The notes beneath the pieces were generated by a model, which was not told the DNA's origin, did not search any database, and saw only the letters and a program-made list of their open reading frames with translations. 64,000 bases of DNA from positions 128,001 through 192,000 of the forward strand of contig CAWCDG010000004.1 of the NCBI GenBank assembly GCA_963794325.1. Direction: 5' to 3'. Shown piece after piece: positions 55,705 to 64,000 of the stretch. Each line of letters opens with the position of its first letter. Position 1 is the first letter of the stretch. Source of the DNA: an uncultured delta proteobacterium (GTDB lineage: Bacteria; Desulfobacterota; Binatia; Binatales; Binataceae). Made by a program: the position numbers and the translations under genes.

Positions 55705-57669
55705 ATCGCCGAGACCATACTCGTCGGAATAGACACCGGCGGCACCTTCACCGACCTCGTCGCGATCGTTGGAAATGAAATCCGCGTCCACAAAGTGCTC
55801 TCGACGCCCGCCGATCCTGCCGACGCCGTTATCCGCGGCTTGCGCGAGATGCTTCGTGACGCGGTGCCCGAGTCCGTCACCTACAGTTCCACCGTCGCGA
55901 CCAACGCCCTGCTCGAGAAGAAAGGCGCGCGCGTCGCGATTTTCACCAATGCCGGCTTCGAAGATCTGATCGAGATTGGCCGCCAGAACCGCGACGACCT
56001 CTACGCGCTGGCGCCGTCGCGGCCCGAGCCGCTGGTTGCACGCGCGATGCGCTTCGGCGTCGATGAGCGCACGCTGTTCGACGGCAGCATCGCCAAATCC
56101 CTGAGCCGCGCCGAGCTCGCACGAATCCGCCGGCTCGCGACACGCAGCGGCGCGGAAGCCTTCGCCATCTGCCTGCTTCATTCGTATGCCAATCCGAAAG
56201 GCGAAGAGGCGATCGCCCGCGCGCTCGCGCCGCTTGGAAAGCCGCTGTCGGTCTCGCATCGAATTCTCGCCGAGTATCGCGAGTACGAGCGCTTCTCGAC
56301 CGCGGTTGTGAATGCCTACGTTGCGCCGCGGATGTCGTCGCATCTGAAGAACCTCGAGACTCGTCTCGAAGGCGCGCGCCTTCGCGTCATGCAATCCAAC
56401 GGCAGCGCGATCGGCACCGATCTGGCCCGCGCCGAGCCGGTGCGCACGATTCTCTCCGGCCCCGCGGCGGGCGTGATTGGCGCGGCGAGCCTCGCGCGCG
56501 CGTTCGGCACCGATCGGTTCATCACCTTCGACATGGGCGGTACTTCGACCGACGTATCGATGTTCGATCGGCGCGTACGAATCCGCACGCTGAGTCATCC
56601 CGACGGTTACGCGGTGCGCACCCCCGTCATCGACATTCACACCGTCGGCGCTGGCGGCGGCTCGATCGCGCGAATCGACGCCGGCGGCTCGCTTCGCGTT
56701 GGACCGGACAGCGCGGGCGCCGATCCCGGTCCCGCATGTTACGGACGCGGCGATTTATGCACCGTGACCGACGCCGACCTGGTCGCGGGCAGACTGGTCG
56801 CGGCGAATTTCCTCGGCGGCAAGATGAAACTTTATCCGGATCGCGCGGCGCGTGCCGTGTCGCGGCTGGCGCACGAGATGAAATCCAATTCGCTCACCGC
56901 GGCGCGCGGAATCATTCGCGTCGTCAATGCAAACATGGAACGTGCCATTCGCGTGATCACCGTCGAGCGCGGCTACGATCCGCGCGAGTTCGCGCTGCTG
57001 GCGTTCGGCGGCGCAGGCCCGATGCATGCCTGCGAGCTGGCGCTCGATCTGGGCATCCGGCGAATCGTGATGCCGCGAAATCCCGGCCTGTTATGCGCCT
57101 GGGGCGCGTCGAGCGCTCCCTTGGGTCGCGAATATTCGCTGACCGTACGCGCGACGAATCCGAACTATCGAAATTTGCTCGCGCGCGCCTCGGGCCTGGT
57201 TCGCCGCTCTCACAATGAACTCGCCGCAGAAGGAGCGCGCACGATTCGGCACGAGCTGTGGCTCGACATGCGCTATCGCGGACAGTCGTACGAACTCGAA
57301 ATCGCACTGACCCCGCGCTTCGTCGCCGACTTCCATTCCACGCATCGCAAAACCTTCGGACACTCCGCCACGGACGCCGCTGTCGAAGTCGTGAACATTC
57401 GCATCCGCGCCGTCGCTGGCGAATCCGCCGCCCGGCCGAAACGAATCAGCCGCCAACTCGGGAAGCTCACGCCGGTATCGAATGGACCAGTGCTGGTCGG
57501 TGGCCGCGAACGCACGGTCCCGATTTACCATCGAGATTCACTCGGCGCCGATGCACGCATCCGCGGGCCAATCGTCGTCGTCGAGCTGAGTTCCACCGCG
57601 TACGTCGCGCCAGAATTCACTTTGCGCGTTGACGACTTCGGCAACCTGCAACTGGAGGCATCGCGATGA
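55705..57669 (+). CDS. Hydantoinase A / oxoprolinase ATP-binding subunit
   Basis: In-frame upstream extension VGIDTGGTFTD; STVATNALLE, SGPAAG, DMGGTSTD, GAGGGS, TVTDA; start uncertain (ATC 55705 or frameshifted GTG 55692). Confidence 0.9.
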   Translation: MAETILVGIDTGGTFTDLVAIVGNEIRVHKVLSTPADPADAVIRGLREMLRDAVPESVTYSSTVATNALLEKKGARVAIFTNAGFEDLIEIGRQNRDDLYALAPSRPEPLVARAMRFGVDERTLFDGSIAKSLSRAELARIRRLATRSGAEAFAICLLHSYANPKGEEAIARALAPLGKPLSVSHRILAEYREYERFSTAVVNAYVAPRMSSHLKNLETRLEGARLRVMQSNGSAIGTDLARAEPVRTILSGPAAGVIGAASLARAFGTDRFITFDMGGTSTDVSMFDRRVRIRTLSHPDGYAVRTPVIDIHTVGAGGGSIARIDAGGSLRVGPDSAGADPGPACYGRGDLCTVTDADLVAGRLVAANFLGGKMKLYPDRAARAVSRLAHEMKSNSLTAARGIIRVVNANMERAIRVITVERGYDPREFALLAFGGAGPMHACELALDLGIRRIVMPRNPGLLCAWGASSAPLGREYSLTVRATNPNYRNLLARASGLVRRSHNELAAEGARTIRHELWLDMRYRGQSYELEIALTPRFVADFHSTHRKTFGHSATDAAVEVVNIRIRAVAGESAARPKRISRQLGKLTPVSNGPVLVGGRERTVPIYHRDSLGADARIRGPIVVVELSSTAYVAPEFTLRVDDFGNLQLEASR

Positions 57670-59231
57670 AGCTCGACGCAATCACGCTGGCCGTCATGAA
57701 CAATCGCCTCGCCGCAATTGCCGACGAGATGGGCGTCGTGCTCGGACAGACGGCGTTCTCGCCCAACATCAAGGAGCGCCACGATTTCTCGTGCGCGATT
57801 TTCGACGCGCGCGGCGAGCTGGTCGCGCAGGCCGCGCATATCCCGGTGCATCTCGGCTCGACTCCGCTCTCGGTGCGCGCGGCGATCGCAAACCTCGATC
57901 TACGTCGCGGCGACGTCGCAGCGCTCAACGATCCCTTCGCCGGCGGAACGCATCTGCCCGACCTGACGCTGGTCGCGCCGGTATTCATCGGTACCGAGCG
58001 CCGCCCGTTCGCCTACGCCGCCAACCGCGCTCATCACGCGGATATCGGCGGGATCGCGCCGGGCTCGATGGCGCTGGCGACGGAAATTTACCAGGAAGGC
58101 TTCCGATTGCCGCCGGTAAAAATCGTCACCGGCGGTGAGATCGCGCGCGACGTGATGACGCTGTTCCTCGCCAACACCAGAGTTCACGAGGAGCGCGAAG
58201 GCGATCTGCGCGCGCAAATCGCCGCGCTCTCGGTTGGCTCAGAGCGATTGCTCGCGCTCGTGAAAACCTCGGGACGGAAAACGGTCGAGGCTGCGATGGA
58301 TAGCCTTAAGGATTACGCGGAGCGCCTGATGATCGCGGCGCTCGCCGATCTCAAGCCCGGAACGTATCGTGCCGAGGATTTCCTCGACGACGACGGATTC
58401 GGCGCCGGCCCGATTCCGATTCGCGTCGCGATCAAGATTGGCCGCGGCAAGGCGATCGTCGATTTCACCGGCTCAGCACCGCAGGTGCGCGGCTCGGTCA
58501 ACGCAAACTACGCAATCACCCTGTCCGCAACTTTCTACGTCATGAAGTGCCTCGCCGCGGAAGCGGTGCCCGCTAACGAAGGCCTGATGCGTCCGATCAA
58601 GCTCGTCGCACCACCAGGCTCAATCGTCAATGCGTTGGCTCCTGCAGCGGTCGCGGGCGGAAACGTCGAGACCTCCCAGCGCATCGTCGATGTGCTCTTT
58701 CGCGCGCTCGCGAAGGCCGCGCCGGCTCGGATTCCCGCGGCGAGTTCGGGCTCGATGTCGAATCTCACGGTCGGCGGCTTCGACCGATTTCGCGATCGAC
58801 ATTTTTCCTACTATGAAACGATCGCGGGCGGCGCGGGCGCCGCGAAGGATCGCCCCGGCGTATCCGGCATCCACACTCACATGACCAACACGCTGAACAC
58901 CCCAATCGAAGCGCTCGAGGCCTACTACCCGATGCGAATCACCGAGTATCGAATCCGTCGCAACTCCGGCGGCCGCGGCCGCGCACGTGGCGGCGACGGC
59001 CTGATTCGCGAACTCGAATGCCTCGTTGATTCGAACGTCAGCGTCCTCACCGAGCGCCGCACAATCGCGCCATACGGACTCGCCGGCGGAGGACCGGGTG
59101 CGACCGGAAAAAACATTCTCATTCGCGGCAAGCATCAAAGCAGGCTGCCCGGCAAAACCAATGTCGATCTCAAAGCCGGCGATCGCGTTCGAATCGAAAC
59201 ACCCGGCGGCGGCGGATGGGGCCGGCGCTAG
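57666..59231 (+). CDS. Hydantoinase B / oxoprolinase subunit
   Basis: S.NIKE..DFSCA, HIPVHLG, NDPF.GGTHLPD, HHADIGG, YYET..GG.GA, TPGGGGWG. Confidence 0.92.
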   Translation: MKLDAITLAVMNNRLAAIADEMGVVLGQTAFSPNIKERHDFSCAIFDARGELVAQAAHIPVHLGSTPLSVRAAIANLDLRRGDVAALNDPFAGGTHLPDLTLVAPVFIGTERRPFAYAANRAHHADIGGIAPGSMALATEIYQEGFRLPPVKIVTGGEIARDVMTLFLANTRVHEEREGDLRAQIAALSVGSERLLALVKTSGRKTVEAAMDSLKDYAERLMIAALADLKPGTYRAEDFLDDDGFGAGPIPIRVAIKIGRGKAIVDFTGSAPQVRGSVNANYAITLSATFYVMKCLAAEAVPANEGLMRPIKLVAPPGSIVNALAPAAVAGGNVETSQRIVDVLFRALAKAAPARIPAASSGSMSNLTVGGFDRFRDRHFSYYETIAGGAGAAKDRPGVSGIHTHMTNTLNTPIEALEAYYPMRITEYRIRRNSGGRGRARGGDGLIRELECLVDSNVSVLTERRTIAPYGLAGGGPGATGKNILIRGKHQSRLPGKTNVDLKAGDRVRIETPGGGGWGRR

Positions 59232-60457
59232 ACCACGCCACGCTCACGCAATCGTTGCCGCGCCTCCGCGTCGATCCCAAGTTCCGCCAGGATACTGTCC
59301 GTATCCGCTCCCAGAGCGGGCGCCCCGCTTCGTATCGTTGTCGGCGTGCGCGAGAACTTGGCCGCCGGCCCGGTGATCGGCGCGAGCTTGCCGTCTTCCT
59401 GCGCGACTTGCTGCAGCATGTCGCGCTCGAGGGTGTGCGGGCATCGCGCCGCCTCCGCATAAGTCCTCACCTTCGCGCACGGGATATTGTTTTTGGCACA
59501 TTCCGCGACGGCTTCGTCCACGGTGCGCGCCGAGCACCACCCGGCAAACATTGCGTTGCACTCTTCGCGATGATCCATCCGACCGGGAATTGTCGAGTAG
59601 GATGAGTCAGCGGCGAGATCTTCACGTCCCGCCATTCGCGCCAACACCTTCCAGTGCGTGTCGAGCAACACCCCCGCCATCACCAGCCCGTCGCGGCATT
59701 GGTAAGTGTTGGTCGGAACCGAGAATGGAATTTCGTTACCCCATCGCTTGGGCTCGAGGCCCATCGCGCCGAGCGTCAGGTTTCCGTTGGACTGAAACAG
59801 CATCGCGTCGAGCATCGCGACGTCGACATGCTGCCCTTCGCCGGTGCGATCGCGATGCCGCAGTGCTGCGAGCGCGCCGATCGCGCCATGCAATCCTCCT
59901 AGATCATCGCAGAGCCAGGTCGGCGCCTTCATCGGCGGCCCGTCAACACTGCCGTTGAGCGAGATGAATCCGCTCATCGCCTGCGCGAGCGGATCGTATG
60001 CAACGCGATCGTGAATCGGACCGAACTGCCCGTAGCCGCTGATCGACACATAGATGATGTCGGGCTTCACGGCGCGAACGTGATCGTAGCCGACGCCCCA
60101 TTTGTCGAACGTGCCGGGGCGAAAATTCTGCACGATGATATCGGAACGCGCGACGAGTTTCAGAAAAATTTCGCGGCCCTCGTCGCGGCGTAGATCGAGC
60201 GTCAGGCTGCGCTTGTTTCGATTCACCGTCGCCTGCGCATATCCGATCGGCTTCTCGTGGCCCGGCAGCGGCGGCGGTATTCGCCGCGAGACCTCGCCCT
60301 CGCGGGCCTCGACCTTTACGACCTCGGCGCCGAGATCCGCGAGTATGCATGAACACATCGGGCCCGCCCAACTCGTGGTTGCGTCGATCACGCGGACGCC
60401 GTCGAGCGGCCCGGTCAAGTCGCGCCGCGCGTCGCGATAGAACTCAGATTTTTCCAT
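59228..60457 (-). CDS. Family III (CaiB/BaiF) CoA-transferase
   Basis: PLDGVRVID, AGP, LGAEVVKVE, NRNKRS, NFRPG, GEGQHVDVAM; start at ATG 60457. Confidence 0.92.
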   Translation of the reverse strand: MEKSEFYRDARRDLTGPLDGVRVIDATTSWAGPMCSCILADLGAEVVKVEAREGEVSRRIPPPLPGHEKPIGYAQATVNRNKRSLTLDLRRDEGREIFLKLVARSDIIVQNFRPGTFDKWGVGYDHVRAVKPDIIYVSISGYGQFGPIHDRVAYDPLAQAMSGFISLNGSVDGPPMKAPTWLCDDLGGLHGAIGALAALRHRDRTGEGQHVDVAMLDAMLFQSNGNLTLGAMGLEPKRWGNEIPFSVPTNTYQCRDGLVMAGVLLDTHWKVLARMAGREDLAADSSYSTIPGRMDHREECNAMFAGWCSARTVDEAVAECAKNNIPCAKVRTYAEAARCPHTLERDMLQQVAQEDGKLAPITGPAAKFSRTPTTIRSGAPALGADTDSILAELGIDAEARQRLRERGVV

Positions 60458-60556
60458 GCGCTCGTCCCTCCAGACGCTCGAATCGTACTTCCAGAGCGAC
60501 CCGCGCGACAAACGCGGAAGTGGCGCATCGACAATCGGCCCGCTAGTTTGATCACG

Positions 60557-60970
60557 ATGGCGGAGCAGCAATTCTACGTCGGCATCCACGGCGTGATCGC
60601 GAGTCGCGGGCGAATCCTCGTGCTCAAGCGCGCGCCGGTGATGATCTACCGCCCGAACAGCTGGGATTTGCCGGGCGGACATATTGCGCTCGGCGAAAGT
60701 TTCGAGGACTGCCTGCTGCGCGAGGTCAAAGAGGAAACCGCGCTTGATGTTGCGATCGATCGATTGCTCGGACTGCACAGCATGGTCTCGGAGCCGTATT
60801 TGCAGGCGCTCTATTCGTGCAAGCTGACAGTTTTTCAGAGTGTGAAGCTGCGGCCCGACGAACACGTCGAGCATCGATGGGTCACACTCGACGAGCTCGC
60901 GAACCTCGACCTGATTCCGTATCTCGCGTCGATTCTGAAGCGTGGGATGCTGAGTTACGTGAAGGGATAG
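60557..60970 (+). CDS. NUDIX hydrolase
   Basis: WDLPGG...GES....LREVKEET Nudix box. Confidence 0.88.
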   Translation: MAEQQFYVGIHGVIASRGRILVLKRAPVMIYRPNSWDLPGGHIALGESFEDCLLREVKEETALDVAIDRLLGLHSMVSEPYLQALYSCKLTVFQSVKLRPDEHVEHRWVTLDELANLDLIPYLASILKRGMLSYVKG

Positions 60971-60980
60971 ACGCGCGGCG

Positions 60981-61893
60981 CTATCTCGCGATCAGGCGGC
61001 CGCGCCAATAGCCGAGAAAGTTCGCGCATTCGAGTTCGTGATAGATCGCGCGCTCGGGATCGCCGCGCATCGTGGCGGCCGCCATTCTCACACTGTTGCG
61101 GATCAACTTGTCGAGGCGATTGTGATTTTTCAGTCCCGCAAACGCGGTGCCCATGCCGAAGGCGAAGCTCTTGCGGCGCAGATACTCGCGGCTCATCCGC
61201 TCAGCCGGAATCAGATGATGCACAATCGCGCGCGGTGCAAAGCCCATCGTGCCGCCGCGCGCCAATATTCGCGCGAACAATTCCGTATCCTCGCCCGAGA
61301 TAGGATTGCCGCCGACCACACCGAGGTCCTCGCGAAATTTTCCGAAGCGCGCGAACGCTGAGCGCTTGAAGCCGACATTGGCGCTGAAATAATTGTCCAG
61401 CCGCTCGGCAGATGAAGCCGGCGCCGATTCGATCGCGCGACGATCGTGAACCGCGAGCTTGACCCACAGGCTCGGCCCGAGCCACTTCGGCGGCGGCGAC
61501 GACCATCGCGGGAGCACCATCCCGCACGCGGCGTCGAGATCGCGCCGCCGCATGTCGTCGAGCAACTCGGCGGCCCAATCGCGCTCGGCGATCGCGTCGT
61601 CGTCGATAAAGAAAATGTAGTCGGCGACGGTTTCGTCCACCGCACGATTTCGGGCGAAGCTCGAACCAGGGTGCGGCTCGAATACTCGTCGCATCGGCAG
61701 CGTCGGAACCGCGCGCGAAGTTATCGACGACGCTGCCAGTGTCGTCGGTTGACGCGTTGTCGATGACGACGCAGTCGGCATCGACGCCGTCGGGAATCGC
61801 GAGCGCCGCGACGCTCGCGAGCGTATCGCGCACAATCGCAGCGCGATTGTGGGTGGGAATCGCGATTGTGAGCTTGAGTGTCAATGCGGTCAT
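60981..61893 (-). CDS. Glycosyltransferase family 2, frameshift near 61710
   Basis: IPTHNR, IDNASTDDT in one frame; G.SFARN, FIDDD, AN, GEDTEL in the other. Confidence 0.82.
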
Positions 61894-61998
61894 GCGCGGC
61901 GGCTAGGCCGCCGCGCATCATCATATTAGCCGAATTGCGCCTCGCACCGGACAGCCGGTGCGGAGGTGCAATTCGCCCTGACGCGGCGCGACGCCGCG

Positions 61999-63162
61999 TC
62001 AGTGACTCGCAGCAGCCGCGGGAGCGGCTGCTGCGGCGGAGCCGCTCGCCGCGGGCGACGCCCCCGGCGACGGCGTCGGCGTTGCCGGCTTCGGCAGCGG
62101 CGCGCTCGATTGCGTGAAGACGATCGACGTCACCGTCAGGTCGGGTGTCGCCTTCTGCTGCACCTCGGGCGAGGCCGTCAGCCGGAACCCGAAACTGCGC
62201 GTCTCACCCGGCACGAACGGCAGCACCGGCCGCCCGAAATTCGTGAACTCGAGCGGCGTTGCCACCGGAATATGTACCTCGGTGAAAACGTCCTTCTTCT
62301 TTTTTCCTTTACCCTCGGAATACGTGACTGTGAACTGAACCTCGTCGATAGGCTTATCGCCGGTATTGGTCATCTTGCCGAAAATTCCCGGAACTCGCGA
62401 CGCTGACATCTTCATATCGACGTCGCTCAGCACGATTTTCGGTATGTACGCCTGCGCATCGGGCTGCTGCTTCTGCGCATTCTGAATATCCGCCATCTCG
62501 CGCCCGTACTGGAACTTGAGGCCCGCGTTGCCGGTCGCCTGCTCCTTGTCCAGTTCATCGAGAATTTTCTGATACGCGGCAATCGCTTTGTCGTAGTCGT
62601 GTTGATGGTACAGGTTGACGGCGTCCTTGTGCTCCTTGAGGATATTTTCTTTGAACGGAAAATCCACCAGCAGCCGCCATTCGCCGCCCTGCTGTACCAT
62701 CACCATGTTGTCGTCGTAAGTGACCTTGGGATAAGTATTTTCCTGCAGATTTTTTTGTGCGATCGAATCCGGCGTCTGCTCGCCGCTAATGCCGGCGTCT
62801 ACCGTCCGCTCCCAGAGTGCGAGATCGGGAGCCGTTACGCTGACCGTCACTACTGCTTTGTCGCCATCGACCTTTGCGTCGCCAACCTTATAGTCATAGG
62901 TCCGCAGGATGCCTTTGAACCAGTCCTTGCTCACGTCGGGCGCCATCGGGATTTCGGTCAGGAACTGATCCATCGTACGATCGACCTGGTCCTGATGCGA
63001 AAGCGCCTGATAAGCGGCCGGGTAGTTGTAGAGTTTCAGGTTGCTCAGATAGTTATTCGCCGCGCTCTGCGGTGAATGACCCTGGCATCCCGCCAAAAGA
63101 AATGCGCAAACGGCCACGGCCGCGAGCATCGCGCCCCTGGCTTGAATCCTGATTTTTGTCAT
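61999..63162 (-). CDS. Hypothetical lipoprotein (NTF2-like N-terminal domain, TPR helix pair, Ig-like C-terminal domain)
   Basis: Lipobox LAGC; YDKAIAAYQKIL TPR-like; G..TNTG..PGETRSF. Confidence 0.65.
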   Translation of the reverse strand: MTKIRIQARGAMLAAVAVCAFLLAGCQGHSPQSAANNYLSNLKLYNYPAAYQALSHQDQVDRTMDQFLTEIPMAPDVSKDWFKGILRTYDYKVGDAKVDGDKAVVTVSVTAPDLALWERTVDAGISGEQTPDSIAQKNLQENTYPKVTYDDNMVMVQQGGEWRLLVDFPFKENILKEHKDAVNLYHQHDYDKAIAAYQKILDELDKEQATGNAGLKFQYGREMADIQNAQKQQPDAQAYIPKIVLSDVDMKMSASRVPGIFGKMTNTGDKPIDEVQFTVTYSEGKGKKKKDVFTEVHIPVATPLEFTNFGRPVLPFVPGETRSFGFRLTASPEVQQKATPDLTVTSIVFTQSSAPLPKPATPTPSPGASPAASGSAAAAAPAAAASH

Positions 63163-63334
63163 CTTCGAATTTCCTTTTTCGCGCTCCAGGCGATCCGCAA
63201 ACGGATAGATTCTAGTTTCGCTTCTGGCAAAAACAAGCCGGTTCAGCGGCCTCCTATCGGCCCCATCCGTGCCAAGGAGACAGTCCTGCTTATCAGAAAA
63301 AAGGCGCACTATGCGACCTGCCGCAACCTGATTT

Positions 63335-63733
63335 TCAGGACGCTGCCGGCATCTGCTTGAGCTCGACGACGTTGCCCTCGGGATCGCGCACATAGATTGA
63401 AAGACCCTGACCACGAGCCCCGTAACGCATTGCGGGATCGCCCAGCACTTCGACCGACCGCTCGCGAAGATAGCGTGCGACCTCGTTCAAGTCGCGAGCC
63501 TCGACACCGATACAGACGTGATCGACATTTAGTCCGGTCTCGACGCGCGGATCGCTTGCCGGAACCAGATCGATCATGCTGTGGCCCGCGCGCAACTGGA
63601 TGAGCCCAATCTGGGCGATACGCCGCTCCTCTTTGAGGCCAAGTATGCGTGTGTAGAAGTCGAGCGCGCGCTCCTGCTCGCGGCATCGCAGCACGACGTG
63701 ATCGAGTTCCGCGACCTTGAATGGAATTTCCAT
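63335..63733 (-). CDS. VOC/glyoxalase family protein
   Basis: LDHVVLR, FY..ILG, DHVC, Y.RDPEGN.VEL. Confidence 0.9.
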   Translation of the reverse strand: MEIPFKVAELDHVVLRCREQERALDFYTRILGLKEERRIAQIGLIQLRAGHSMIDLVPASDPRVETGLNVDHVCIGVEARDLNEVARYLRERSVEVLGDPAMRYGARGQGLSIYVRDPEGNVVELKQMPAAS

Positions 63734-63742
63734 ATCGATACT

Positions 63743-64000
63743 CTAGGCCCGCGTTCCTGACGCGCTGGCCGTGGCAGCTTTCGTGGCCCGCGGTGGAAAC
63801 CAGAAACGCTCGACTTCTGTGGCGCGCACAGCGTCGTCAATCATTCGCGGGATATCGAAGCGCGATTCCGCGGCCTCGACTTCTTCGATTCGCGCGCGCG
63901 TCTCCGGATGCGCCGGGACGAACAGCGTGCAGCAATCCTCATCCGGTATTATGGATGTCTCAAAGGTGTGCAGCCGGCGCGCCTGCTCGATGATCTCGTT
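63743..64000 (-). CDS. thiI: tRNA 4-thiouridine synthase ThiI, C-terminal end (frameshift near 63950)
   Basis: Manual: NEIIEQARRLHTFETS / IIPDEDCCTLFVPAHPET..., the ThiI C-terminal motif; no rhodanese domain. Confidence 0.8.
   Translation of the reverse strand, partial: NEIIEQARRLHTFETSIIPDEDCCTLFVPAHPETRARIEEVEAAESRFDIPRMIDDAVRATEVERFWFPPRATKAATASASGTRA

Noticed and set aside
583-60874. Many long antisense or alternate-frame ORFs (e.g. 583-1494, 10691-12127, 18997-20283, 43232-44659, 54835-56640)
   Set aside because: Shadow ORFs expected in high-GC DNA opposite well-supported genes; no recognisable motifs
59228-60874. 548 aa extended CoA-transferase ORF
   Set aside because: The extension overlaps the divergent NUDIX gene; homology begins at Met 60457, which has a GAGGGA RBS

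Overview
High-GC Gram-negative bacterial chromosome segment. Gene content (DUF1329 protein, family III CoA-transferases, lpxI) resembles Candidatus Binatia/deltaproteobacteria-like lineages; this is inference only. Most of the window is housekeeping: nuoA-C-D, an LPS core cluster running into yicC-gmk-relA/spoT-ridA, mazEF, a long minus-strand outer-membrane/lipid A run (lolC/E-lolD-bamA-skp-fabZ-lpxA-lpxI-gnnA-like ... lpxB-msbA-waaA-lpxK), an orphan T2SS secretin, menA, slt, maf-yggS-proC-yggT-yggU, hydantoinase/oxoprolinase genes and the end of thiI. The stand-out feature is a ~9 kb, 15-gene co-oriented cassette (21633-30639) inside the lipid A gene run. It encodes three SCO proteins, two Cys-rich PCYCGC-family proteins (as a duplicated SCO+PCYCGC unit), CopC, CopD, two exported putative beta-barrels with metal-ligand N-termini, TlpA, rhodanese+MauE, a DUF2318 Fe-S protein and a possible polyproline stalling leader peptide. 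It is a candidate uncharacterised copper uptake/metallation system. Other notable points: apparent non-canonical starts (lpxA ATA, mazF ACG), an FG-repeat loop in the secretin, three families of REP-like palindromes, and several single-base frameshifts that look like assembly errors.
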